From assembly GCA_035552295.1 (NCBI GenBank), contig DASZLQ010000006.1, positions 3,735-67,734 on the forward strand: a stretch of 64,000 bases of DNA, given 5' to 3'. Every line of letters starts with the position of its first letter. The stretch's first letter is position 1. Below, one piece after another: positions 1-9,214 of this stretch. A model generated the notes under the pieces. The model was not told the origin of the DNA. It saw nothing but the letters and a program-made list of their open reading frames with translations, and did not search any database. The position numbers and the translations under genes are program-made. This stretch comes from Mycobacterium sp. (GTDB lineage: Bacteria; Actinomycetota; Actinomycetes; Mycobacteriales; Mycobacteriaceae).

Positions 1-287
1 ACGCCACCACGAAGGCCGGGATGATCGGGCTCACCCAGGCGCTGGCGCCGGGTCTCTACGACAAGGGCATCACGATCAACGCCGTCGCACCGGGATTCAT
101 CGAAACCCAGATGACCGCCGCCATCCCGCTGGCCACCCGCGAGATAGGCCGCCGGATGAACTCGCTGCTGCAGGGTGGGCAGCCGGTCGACGTCGCCGAG
201 ACCATCGCCTACTTCGCCAGCCCGGCGTCAAACGCGGTGACCGGCAATGTGATTCGGGTCTGCGGCCAGGCCATGCTGGGCGCATAG
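1..287 (+). CDS. fabG4: 3-oxoacyl-ACP/CoA reductase FabG4, C-terminal part (truncated by window edge)
   Basis: SDR C-terminus ([25 protein letters not shown]); directly upstream of htdX as in Rv0242c-Rv0241c. Confidence 0.9.
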   Translation, partial: ATTKAGMIGLTQALAPGLYDKGITINAVAPGFIETQMTAAIPLATREIGRRMNSLLQGGQPVDVAETIAYFASPASNAVTGNVIRVCGQAMLGA

Positions 288-308
288 GTTCGATTCGAGG
301 AGAACGCG

Positions 309-1160
309 ATGAACCAGCCAAGCGGCCTGAGGAACATGCTGCGCGCGGCGGCCGGGGCTTTACCGTTGGTGTCCCGCTCCGACCAGCTGCCCAGCCGCAC
401 GGTGACCGTCGAGGAATTACCGATCGACCAGACCAACGTGGCCGAGTACGCGGCGGTCACCGGCCTGCGCTACGGCAACAACGTGCCGCTGACCTACCCG
501 TTTGCGTTGACCTTTCCCGCCATGATGTCGCTGGTGACAGGGTTCGACTTTCCTTTCGCCGCAATGGGATCGGTGCACACCGAGAACCGGATCACGCAGT
601 ACCGGCCGATCGCGGTCACCGATACCGTCGGCGTGCACGTGCATGCCGAGAACCTCCGCGAGCACCGCAAGGGCCTGCTGGTCGACCTGGTGACCGACGT
701 CAGCGTCGGCAGCGAGACCGCGTGGCACCAGGTGACGACCTTCCTGCACCAGCAGCGCACTAGCTTGTCCGACGAGCCCAAACCGCCGCCACAGAAGCAG
801 CCCAAGCTTCCTCCGCCCAGCACGGTGCTACGGATCACCCCCGCTCAGATCCGGCGCTACGCCGTCGTCGGCGGAGATCACAACCCGATCCACACCAATC
901 CGATCGCCGCCAAGCTGTTCGGATTCCCGACGGTCATCGCGCACGGGATGTTCACTGCCGCAGCTGTATTGGCCAACATCGAAGCTCGGTTTCCCGATGC
1001 GGTGACGTATTCGGTACGGTTCGGCAAGCCGGTGCTGCTGCCCGCCACCACGGGCCTCTACATCGACGATGGCGACACGGGTGCGGCTGGCTGGGATCTC
1101 TCGTTACGCAACATCGCCAAGGGATACCCGCACCTGACCGGGACGGTCCGCGCGCTCTAG
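309..1160 (+). CDS. htdX: Double hot-dog 3-hydroxyacyl-thioester dehydratase HtdX
   Basis: MaoC hydratase motif GGDHNPIH...IAHGM; synteny with fabG4. Confidence 0.9.
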   Translation: MNQPSGLRNMLRAAAGALPLVSRSDQLPSRTVTVEELPIDQTNVAEYAAVTGLRYGNNVPLTYPFALTFPAMMSLVTGFDFPFAAMGSVHTENRITQYRPIAVTDTVGVHVHAENLREHRKGLLVDLVTDVSVGSETAWHQVTTFLHQQRTSLSDEPKPPPQKQPKLPPPSTVLRITPAQIRRYAVVGGDHNPIHTNPIAAKLFGFPTVIAHGMFTAAAVLANIEARFPDAVTYSVRFGKPVLLPATTGLYIDDGDTGAAGWDLSLRNIAKGYPHLTGTVRAL

Positions 1161-2405
1161 CCGGCATGCGTTGGGCCGCGACCCACGACGAGTACTTTCA
1201 ACCCGTGTGCGCCGCACGCGGTCAACAGGAAAAACAGAAAAAGCCAGAACGGGGGCCGGGCGAGTTCCCAGACGAAGATCGACGCCCAGATCGGTGAACC
1301 CTGGGTAACCGCGAGCACGCCTGCGGCGCCGCTCAGCGACACCGCCGGCACGTGCAGGTGCGTCCCAGCCAACCAATTGACCACCAGCACCAGGACCGCC
1401 CCCGCTGCCGCGCCGGTGGCCAGCGACGGTGTGAGCATTCCGCCGGCGCCGCCGGCGCGCAGGTACAGCGCGGTCAGCAGCGGTTTCAGGACCAGAATCG
1501 TGGCCGCCGCTGACAGCGTCATGCCGCTGGCCAGGCTGACGGTCAGGATGCTCCGGCCGTTGCCAGGCAGCTCGGGCCACCAGTGCGAGCAGATACCCGT
1601 CACCAACCCCGCGGCGGCAAGCGCGGGAATGAGCACCCAGGTCCGCATCAGACGGGCCGGGCGCGCCGCGGCCATGATTCGGTTGAACGCCAACCCCACC
1701 GCAAGCGCCAGCGGTGCCAGCAACAGCCCATGCGCGGTGACCAGATAGGTCGACTCCGTGGTCGGCCACTCGAGGTTGGGTTGATCGCCGGTAATGGCTG
1801 AGCCGATCGCGACGGCCAGGCTGGAGGTGAGAAACGCCGCGCCCACCGCTCGCGGATGCCAGGTGTTCAGCATGATCCGCACCCGAGAACAGCGCACCGG
1901 CCAGCGGAACGGCATAGACGGCACCCAGCCCCGCCCCAGCCGCGCACGCCAGCAAGATCTCGCGGTCGCGGCTGGACAGCCGCTTCAACCACCCGGTGCC
2001 CAAATCGCCTAGCGCCGCGGCAAATTGGCGTGGGGCTCCTTCCCTGCCCAGGGATGCCCCGGAGCCGACCAGCAGCACCTGCAGCATGGCATCGATGCTC
2101 CACGACAGCCGGGGTATCCGGCCGCGGCGCGCAATCGTCTGCGCGAGCGGCGGCACCTCGGTTCTGCGCCGCAGGATCCACCAGCCGACCGCCGCCAGTG
2201 CGCCGCCGACCATCGGCCCCAGCGCGCGGCGAACCGGGCTGCTGCCGGTGATCCCGGCCAGCAGTGTGCCGAAGCTGTAGTGGTAGGTGATGTGCTCGAC
2301 GAAGCGCAGAACCTCCGTTGTCGCCAGCCCGGCAAACCCGGCCAGCAGGCCGACGATGATTACCGCGCAAAAGAAGTCAAGGTTGCGGCGGGGCGTTGGG
2401 GCCAC
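1157..2405 (-). pseudogene. ClC-family chloride channel/transporter split by a +1 frameshift near 1882-1884
   Basis: 5' frame has GASLGREGAP and AVPLAGALFS; 3' frame has LPGNG and GAGGMLTP; span is 1249 nt (3n+1); removing one base of the run gives ALFSVRIML. Confidence 0.8.
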
Positions 2406-2420
2406 GGCACGAATGTATGT

Positions 2421-3062
2421 CTAGCCGGCAGCAGCGCCCGCGCCGCCCGCCTCGGCCGCGGCTTCGCGTTCCCCGGGTCCTCCCCGCAAGCCATGCCAGA
2501 ACAGGTCGATCATCAGCTCGGCCGCCTCGCCGACGTCGATGTCGCCGGTGCTGAGCCGGTTGGCCATCGCCTCGCCCGCGCCCACCAGCGCCACCGCCAT
2601 CATCTGATACTCGGCGTCCTGCCGGGGAGCGCGACTACCGGCCCGCACCAGCCCGGCCACCAGCTCGATGATCTGCTCGCGTCCTTCGCGCACGGTGTGC
2701 GCGAAGGCCTGCGAGCTGATGGCCTGGGTGTACATCACGATCCAGGACGCGCGGTTGGCGTCGATGTAGCGCAGGAACGACCCGATGGTGTTACGCAGCA
2801 AGTCCCTTGGGTTTTGGGTGAAGTCGATGTCGGCGCGCACCACGTCGATGAACCGGCTCAACTCGCGGTTCAGGCATGCGCCGAACAGGTCCTCCTTGGA
2901 GCCGTAATACAGGTACAGCATCGGCTTGGAGATCTGGGCCTCCGCGGCGATGGCGTCCATCGATGTCTCGTGGTAGCCGTTGACCGAGAACATCTGCACG
3001 GCGGCGTCGAGCATCTGCTGTTCGCGGACAGCACGCGGTAACCGCTTGGTACCACCTGCCAT
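2421..3062 (-). CDS. TetR-family regulator (Rv0238-like)
   Basis: N-terminal HTH (SMDAIAAEAQISKPMLYLYYGSKEDLF); synteny. Confidence 0.9.
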   Translation of the reverse strand: MAGGTKRLPRAVREQQMLDAAVQMFSVNGYHETSMDAIAAEAQISKPMLYLYYGSKEDLFGACLNRELSRFIDVVRADIDFTQNPRDLLRNTIGSFLRYIDANRASWIVMYTQAISSQAFAHTVREGREQIIELVAGLVRAGSRAPRQDAEYQMMAVALVGAGEAMANRLSTGDIDVGEAAELMIDLFWHGLRGGPGEREAAAEAGGAGAAAG

Positions 3063-3088
3063 CGCCTCGCCTCTCTAGCCCGTCTATC

Positions 3089-3102
3089 TGACTCCAGAGT
3101 AA
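3089..3102. promoter_or_regulatory. Candidate TetR operator TGACTC-CA-GAGTAA
   Basis: Near-perfect inverted repeat just upstream of the TetR start. Confidence 0.45.
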
Positions 3103-3117
3103 CGAGGGAACGGCCGG

Positions 3118-4260
3118 TTAGTGTCCACACGCCCGATTGGCGCCCTTCATCGTCGCTACCCGCACTAACGATTGGTCCACCGCCGGCATCGTCAATTCAT
3201 TTGCGGCGACAGCCTTTTCGAGCCGGTCCAGCACCGCGGGCACCTCGTCGGTGGTGACCCACAGCGCGACGTCGGTACCGGCCTGCAAGGTGCGTAGCAC
3301 GGCCTCGGACACGCCGTACCGGTCGGAGATCGCGGCCATGCTGGACAGATCGTCGCTGAACACCGGGCCGTTGAAGGGTGGGGCCCCGTAGCCGGTGCCA
3401 TCGCGCAGCAACTGCACCGCTGCCCGGCTCAGGCTGGCCGGTTCGTCGCCGGTCAGCCCGGGAACCTGCAGGTGACCAACCATCACGGCGACCGGGGTCG
3501 CGGCCACCAGCGTCCGGTAGGGCACCAGGTCGACGTTCTCCAAATCGCTTAGCGGCGGCGTGACGACACCACCGGTGTGCGAGTCACCCGAGCCATGCCC
3601 GTGACCGGGAAAATGCTTGAGCACCGGCAGCAGTCCGGCTTCCCGCAGACCCTGCGCGTACGCCCCGGCGTAGGCGGTGACCGTACCCGGGTCGCCACCG
3701 AACGAGCGGTTCCCGATCACGCCGTCCGGGGCGTCGGTGACGTCGACCACCGGCGCGAAATCGACGGTGATGCCCAGGTCGTGCATCTGCTTGCCGCGCG
3801 CTAGCGCCAGGTCATGGACCTGGGCAACGGTTTGGGTCTGGGCCAGCTCCCGCGCCGACGGCGCCGGTCCGATCAGCGACTTCAACCGCGCGACCCGGCC
3901 GCCCTCTTCGTCGACGCTGACCGCCAGCGGTAGCGGCCCCGCCTTCCCCGCGATGTCGGCCAACGGGCCTTTGAAAATCGATAGGTCGGTCCAGCTGCCG
4001 ATGAAGATCCCGCCGACGTGGTAACCGTTGACAACGGCCCGGGCGTCGTCGGCGTTCTTGACGCCCACCATCAGCAGCTGAGCCAGCTTGTCGCGGGTCG
4101 ACAGCACTGTTGGCATCGTCGTCGGGTCAGCGCACACCGGTGGTGCGGGAGCGGCCACCGGTTTGCTGACCGTCGACGATGGGTGCCGTGCGGTGTCGTG
4201 GCCGCAGGCCGCCAGCACGGATGCGGCGGCCAGCAGGGCCAGGATGCGCCGAAAAGCCAT
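3118..4260 (-). CDS. lpqI: Lipoprotein GH3 beta-N-acetylglucosaminidase (NagZ-like) LpqI
   Basis: Lipobox LAAC; DEEGGRV, KHFPGHG and SDDLSSM GH3 motifs. Confidence 0.92.
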   Translation of the reverse strand: MAFRRILALLAAASVLAACGHDTARHPSSTVSKPVAAPAPPVCADPTTMPTVLSTRDKLAQLLMVGVKNADDARAVVNGYHVGGIFIGSWTDLSIFKGPLADIAGKAGPLPLAVSVDEEGGRVARLKSLIGPAPSARELAQTQTVAQVHDLALARGKQMHDLGITVDFAPVVDVTDAPDGVIGNRSFGGDPGTVTAYAGAYAQGLREAGLLPVLKHFPGHGHGSGDSHTGGVVTPPLSDLENVDLVPYRTLVAATPVAVMVGHLQVPGLTGDEPASLSRAAVQLLRDGTGYGAPPFNGPVFSDDLSSMAAISDRYGVSEAVLRTLQAGTDVALWVTTDEVPAVLDRLEKAVAANELTMPAVDQSLVRVATMKGANRACGH

Positions 4261-4320
4261 CGGGACATGTTGTCACGAACGGCGTTTCATCCCCGACCTC
4301 AGGGGGCATCGGCGGTACCT

Positions 4321-4358
4321 TGCCAGTCAAAGGGGCCAGTAACCCCAGTTGACTGGCA
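4321..4358. repeat. Inverted repeat TGCCAGTCAA...TTGACTGGCA with inner GGGG/CCCC stem
   Basis: 10-bp perfect arms at 4321-4330 and 4349-4358, immediately before the GAGGAG RBS. Confidence 0.75.
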
Positions 4359-4372
4359 GGGAGGAGCCAGCG

Positions 4373-4570
4373 ATGACCGGGTTCACGCTGGCCGCCGTGG
4401 CCAGCATCGCGGCGGGTCTCTCGATCGGCGCCGCCGCCACGGTTGGCGTCACGCTTGTCGTGCAAGACCACACGGTGGCACCGGCGCCGGCTGTATCGAC
4501 TCCATCCAGGCCATACCTGGTGCAGTACGGCGACCGCTGCTGGCACGGGCATTGCCTGCGGTGGCCCTGA
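4373..4570 (+). CDS. Small membrane/secreted protein, DUF2613 (Rv0236A-like) paralogue, 65 aa
   Basis: GAGGAG RBS; hydrophobic N-terminus; VQYGDR matches VEYGNR of the next gene. Confidence 0.7.
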   Translation: MTGFTLAAVASIAAGLSIGAAATVGVTLVVQDHTVAPAPAVSTPSRPYLVQYGDRCWHGHCLRWP

Positions 4571-4663
4571 GAGCGACTGACACACACCCGGCTCGCCACG
4601 GCTCTTCTGTTAGGTTGACTTGGGGTTGTCCACAGTCACGACCGCGAACCCAAGGAGCCATCG

Positions 4664-4837
4664 ATGAACCGGATCATTGCGCCCGCCGCCGCGAGCGTCG
4701 TGGTTGGTCTGTTGCTGGGCGCGGCCGCGATCTTCGGGATCACGCTGATGGTGCAACAGGACACGAAGCCGCCACTCCCCGGGGGCGATCCGCAGTCGTC
4801 AGTGCTCAACCGGGTCGAGTACGGCAACCGTAGCTAG
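4664..4837 (+). CDS. Small secreted protein Rv0236A/DUF2613, 57 aa (absent from ORF track)
   Basis: Read from sequence: AAGGAG RBS, MNRIIAPAAASVVVGLLLGAAAIFGITLMVQQDTKPPLPGGDPQSSVLNRVEYGNRS*. Confidence 0.88.
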   Translation: MNRIIAPAAASVVVGLLLGAAAIFGITLMVQQDTKPPLPGGDPQSSVLNRVEYGNRS

Positions 4838-4916
4838 CCCGGCGGCGGAGTCGGCACAGGCGGAGCCTGCGGGAACGGCGTGGGGCTCGTCGGCTGGGCC
4901 GCTGTCGCGCCGGTGG

Positions 4917-7900
4917 TTGCTGTTGGTCGCCGCGATCGCGCTGGCGTTGACGTTCCCCCAATCCCCTGGGCAGGTATCCCCCGACACCAAACTCGACCTC
5001 ACCGCCAACCCGCTGCGCTTCCTGGCGCGGGCGACCAACCTGTGGAATAGCGACCTGCCGTTCGGCCAGGCACAGAACCAGGCCTACGGCTACCTGTTTC
5101 CGCACGGCACCTTGTTCCTGATCGGCCATTTTTTGGGATTGCCCGGATGGGCGACCCAGCGGCTGTGGTGGGCGCTGCTGCTGACGGTCGGCTTTTGGGG
5201 CCTGTTGCGGGTCGCTGAGACGCTGGGGATCGGCAGCTCGACGTCGCGCCTGATCGGTGCGGCGGCGTTCGCGCTGTCGCCACGGGTGCTGACCACACTC
5301 GGCTCGATCTCGTCGGAAACCTTGCCGATGATGCTGGCCCCGTGGGTCTTGCTGCCCACCATCCTGGCGCTGCGCGGAGCGGCGTCAGGGCAGGGCCCCA
5401 GCCGCTCGGTGCGGGCGCTGGCCGCGCAGGCGGGGCTGGCCGTCGCGTTGATGGGCGCGGTCAACGCCATCGCGACGCTGGCCGGTTGCCTGCCCGCGGT
5501 GATCTGGTGGGCCTGTCACCGGCCGAACCGGTTGTGGTGGCGCTATACGGCGTGGTGGCTGCTGGCTTTGTCACTGGCGATGCTGTGGTGGGTCGTCGCG
5601 CTCGGTTTGCTGCGCAGCGTAAGTCCCCCGTTCCTGGACTTCATCGAATCCTCCGGCGTGACAACGCAATGGTCGTCGCTGGTGGAGATGCTGCGCGGCA
5701 CCGAAAGCTGGACCCCGTTCGTGGCACCCGCCGCCACCGCGGGCGCGCCGCTGGTGACCGGATCGGCGGCCATCCTGGGTACCTGCCTGGTCGCGGCGGC
5801 CGGACTGGCCGGGCTGGCCAGCCCGGCGATGCCGGCACGGGGACGGCTGGTGACCATGCTGTTGGTCGGCGTCGTGTTGATGGCCGCCGGCTACAGCGGC
5901 GGGCTGGGCTCACCGCTGGCCCACCAGGTGCAATTGTTCTTGGACGCCGCCGGTGCACCCGTGCGCAACGTGCACAAGCTGGACTCGGTGATCCGCATCC
6001 CCATCGTGCTGGGCATCGCACAGCTGCTGGGCCGGATACCGCTGCCGGGCAGCGTGCCGGTATCGGAGTGGCTGCCCTCGTTCGCCCACCCCGAGCGCGA
6101 CAAGCGGGTCGCGGCGACAGTGGTGATCCTGACCGCGCTGGCGGTCAGCACCTCGCTGGCGTGGACCGGTCGGCTGGCACCGCCGGGCACGTTCGGCGCG
6201 ATACCCCAGTACTGGCATGAAGCCGCCGACTGGCTCAGCGAGCACAACACGGGCACGCCCGCGCCCGGGCGCGTGCTGGTGGTGCCCGGTGCGCCGTTCG
6301 CCACCCAGGTGTGGGGCACCAGCCATGACGAGCCGCTGCAAGTGCTCGGCGACAACCCGTGGGGGGTGCGCGACTCCATCCCGCTGACCCCGCCGCAGAC
6401 CATCCGGGCGCTGGATTCGGTGCAGCGCCTGTTCGCCGCCGGACGCCCCTCGGCCGGGCTGGCCGATACCCTTGCCCGCCAAGGCATTTCCTATGTGGTG
6501 CTGCGCAACGACCTGGATCCCGAGACGTCACGCTCGGCACGCCCGATCCTGGTGCACCGCGCCATCGAGGGGTCGCCGCGACTGCAGAAGGTGGCACAGT
6601 TCGGCGCACCGGTGGGGCCCGGCACAGTGGCCGGCTTCGTCGCCGACAGCGGACTGCGGCCGAGATTCCCAGCGGTGGAGATCTACCGGGTGGGCTCCCC
6701 CGGCGGTGGGACCGGCGATCCCGGCGCGCCCTACTTCGCCGACACCGATCAGCTGGCCCGAGTCGACGGCGGACCCGAAGTGCTGCTGCGCCTCGACGAG
6801 CGGCGGCGGCTGCTGGGCCGGCCGCCACTGGGTCCGGTGCTGCTGACCGCGGACGCCCGCAGCGCAGGCCTGGCGGCGCCCGCCGTCACCGTCACCGACA
6901 CCCCGGTGGCCCGCGAGACCGACTACGGCCGGGTAGACCAGCACTCGTCGGCGATCCGGGCGGCCGGCGACACAAGGCATACCTACAACCGAGTGCCCGA
7001 CTACCCGGTCGCGGGCGCCGACACGGTCTTCGGCAGTTGGACCGGCGGCCGGATCACCGTGTCAAGCTCGTCGTCGGATTCCACCGCAATGCCCGACGTC
7101 GCACCGGCCACCTCCCCCGCCGCCGCGATCGACGGCGACTCGGCGACCGCGTGGGTGTCCAACGCACTGCAGGCGGCCGTGGGGCAGTGGCTGCAAGTGG
7201 ATTTCGACCACCCGGTGACCAACGCCGCCATCACCCTCACACCCAGCGCGACCGCCGTCGGCGCCCAGATCCGCCGCATCCTGATCGAGACGGCTAACGG
7301 CAGCACTACCCTGCGGTTCGACGAGCCCGGCAAGCCACTCGCGGCGGCGCTGCCCTACGGCGAAACCCCGTGGGTGCGGATCACCGCCGCCGGCGCCGAC
7401 GACGGGTCGGCCGGTGTGCAGTTCGGCATCACCGACCTGTCGATCACCCAGTACGACGCGTCCGGATTCGCTCACCCGGTCAGCCTGCGGCACACCGCGC
7501 TCGTGCCCGGGCCGCCGCCGGGGTCCGCGGTCGCGGGCTGGGACCTGGGATCGGAACTGCTCGGCAGGCCGGGCTGCGCGGCGGCGCCCGACGGGGTGCG
7601 CTGCGCGCCGTCGATGGCGCTGGCACCCGAAGAGCCGGTCAATTTCAGCCGCACCATGACCGTTCCGGCTCCCGTATCCGTGACCCCGACCTTGTGGGTG
7701 CGGCCACGACAGGGCCCCAAGCTGGCCGACCTGATCGCCGAGCCCAACACCACCCGGGCCCAAGGTGATTCCGACCCGGTGGACATCCTCGGCTCGGCGT
7801 ACGCGGCCACCGACGGCGACCCGGCCACCACATGGACAGCACCGCAGCGCGTGGTGCAACACAAGTCCCCGCCGACGCTGACCCTGGCCCTGCCGCGGCC

Positions 7901-9134
7901 CACCGAGGTCACCGGGCTGCGCCTGGTCCCCAGCCGGTCGGCATTGCCCGCCCACCCGACGGTGGTCGCGGTCAACCTGGGCGACGGCCCACAGGTCCGG
8001 AAATTGAAGCCGGGTGAGCCACAGACCCTGTCGCTGAAACCCCGGGTCACTGACACCGTCAGCATCAGCTTGCTGGACTGGGAAGACGTCATCGACCGCA
8101 ACGCCTTGGGCTTCGATCAGCTCAAGCCGCCGGGGCTGGCAGAAGTCGTGGCGCTCGGCGCCGACGGCACTCCGATCGCGCCCGCCGACGCCACCCGCAA
8201 CCGGTCCCGCCAGATCGCCGTCGACTGTGACCACGGCCCGGTCATCGCGGTCGCGGGCCGGTTCGTGCACACCGCGATCCGGACCACGGCGGGCGCGCTG
8301 CTGGACGGCGAACCGGTTGAAGCGCTGCCGTGCGACCGCGACCCGATCTCGCTGCCCGCGGGCCAGCAGGAGCTGTTGATCAGCCCAGGTGCCCAGTTCG
8401 TCGTGGACGGCGCCCAGCTGACAACCCCGTATGCCGCCGAATTGCCCGGCAGCACCGGCCCTTCGCCGGTTCCGGCCGCCACCGGGGCATGGGGTCCGGA
8501 CCGGCGCGAGGTGCGGGCCCCCGCGTCGGCCACCTCCCGGGTGCTGGTCATTCCCGAGAGCATCAACCCCGGCTGGGTGGCGCGCACCAGCACCGGGACC
8601 CGATTGACGCCGGTCGCCGTCGACGGATGGCAACAGGGCTGGGTGGTGCCGGCGGGGAACCCCGGCACCATCACGCTGACATTCGCCACCAACTCGCTGT
8701 ACCGGGCCGGGCTCGCGGTGGGGCTGGCGCTGCTGCCGCTACTGGCCATGCTCGCGTTCTGGCGCACCCGGCGCAGGCCCACGGATGACCCGCCTGCCGC
8801 ACCATGGATGCCCGGCCCGTGGGCCGGGGTCGCGGTGCTGGCCGCGGGGACGGTGATCGCCGGTGTGGCCGGGTTTGTCGTGGCCGGCGCGGCCCTTGGT
8901 CTGCGATATGCGCTGCGCAACCGGCAGCGATGGCGTGAGCCGGTTACCGTCGCGCTGAGCGCGAGCGGGCTGATTTTGGCCGGGGTCCAGTTATCCCGGA
9001 ATCCCTGGCGGTCGGTCGGCGGTTACGCCGGCCATTCCACGAATGTGCAACTGCTGGCGCTGATTTCGCTTGGTGTGCTTGCGGCTTCGGTCGTGGCCAT
9101 GCCCGATCGGATGCGCCCACGCCACGACGAATGA
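4917..9134 (+). CDS. aftD: Arabinofuranosyltransferase AftD
   Basis: 1405 aa; GT-C motif SPDTKLDL; multi-TM N-terminus and carbohydrate-binding-like repeats (AAIDGDSATAW, AATDGDPATTW); exact start uncertain. Confidence 0.95.
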   Translation: MLLVAAIALALTFPQSPGQVSPDTKLDLTANPLRFLARATNLWNSDLPFGQAQNQAYGYLFPHGTLFLIGHFLGLPGWATQRLWWALLLTVGFWGLLRVAETLGIGSSTSRLIGAAAFALSPRVLTTLGSISSETLPMMLAPWVLLPTILALRGAASGQGPSRSVRALAAQAGLAVALMGAVNAIATLAGCLPAVIWWACHRPNRLWWRYTAWWLLALSLAMLWWVVALGLLRSVSPPFLDFIESSGVTTQWSSLVEMLRGTESWTPFVAPAATAGAPLVTGSAAILGTCLVAAAGLAGLASPAMPARGRLVTMLLVGVVLMAAGYSGGLGSPLAHQVQLFLDAAGAPVRNVHKLDSVIRIPIVLGIAQLLGRIPLPGSVPVSEWLPSFAHPERDKRVAATVVILTALAVSTSLAWTGRLAPPGTFGAIPQYWHEAADWLSEHNTGTPAPGRVLVVPGAPFATQVWGTSHDEPLQVLGDNPWGVRDSIPLTPPQTIRALDSVQRLFAAGRPSAGLADTLARQGISYVVLRNDLDPETSRSARPILVHRAIEGSPRLQKVAQFGAPVGPGTVAGFVADSGLRPRFPAVEIYRVGSPGGGTGDPGAPYFADTDQLARVDGGPEVLLRLDERRRLLGRPPLGPVLLTADARSAGLAAPAVTVTDTPVARETDYGRVDQHSSAIRAAGDTRHTYNRVPDYPVAGADTVFGSWTGGRITVSSSSSDSTAMPDVAPATSPAAAIDGDSATAWVSNALQAAVGQWLQVDFDHPVTNAAITLTPSATAVGAQIRRILIETANGSTTLRFDEPGKPLAAALPYGETPWVRITAAGADDGSAGVQFGITDLSITQYDASGFAHPVSLRHTALVPGPPPGSAVAGWDLGSELLGRPGCAAAPDGVRCAPSMALAPEEPVNFSRTMTVPAPVSVTPTLWVRPRQGPKLADLIAEPNTTRAQGDSDPVDILGSAYAATDGDPATTWTAPQRVVQHKSPPTLTLALPRPTEVTGLRLVPSRSALPAHPTVVAVNLGDGPQVRKLKPGEPQTLSLKPRVTDTVSISLLDWEDVIDRNALGFDQLKPPGLAEVVALGADGTPIAPADATRNRSRQIAVDCDHGPVIAVAGRFVHTAIRTTAGALLDGEPVEALPCDRDPISLPAGQQELLISPGAQFVVDGAQLTTPYAAELPGSTGPSPVPAATGAWGPDRREVRAPASATSRVLVIPESINPGWVARTSTGTRLTPVAVDGWQQGWVVPAGNPGTITLTFATNSLYRAGLAVGLALLPLLAMLAFWRTRRRPTDDPPAAPWMPGPWAGVAVLAAGTVIAGVAGFVVAGAALGLRYALRNRQRWREPVTVALSASGLILAGVQLSRNPWRSVGGYAGHSTNVQLLALISLGVLAASVVAMPDRMRPRHDE

Positions 9135-9214
9135 CGTCGGAGGAGTTGGCTACCGGTTTACCTGCTGGTTGACTGGATACGCGGGTTGGTGTATTCGCCA
9201 GCGTCCGAGGAGTT

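Noticed and set aside
7062-8633. 523-aa antisense ORF within aftD, and similar long shadow ORFs (12323-13615, 19208-20650, 22138-23499, 25920-27179)
   Set aside because: They overlap well-supported genes, lack family motifs, and are expected in high-GC DNA with few off-frame stops
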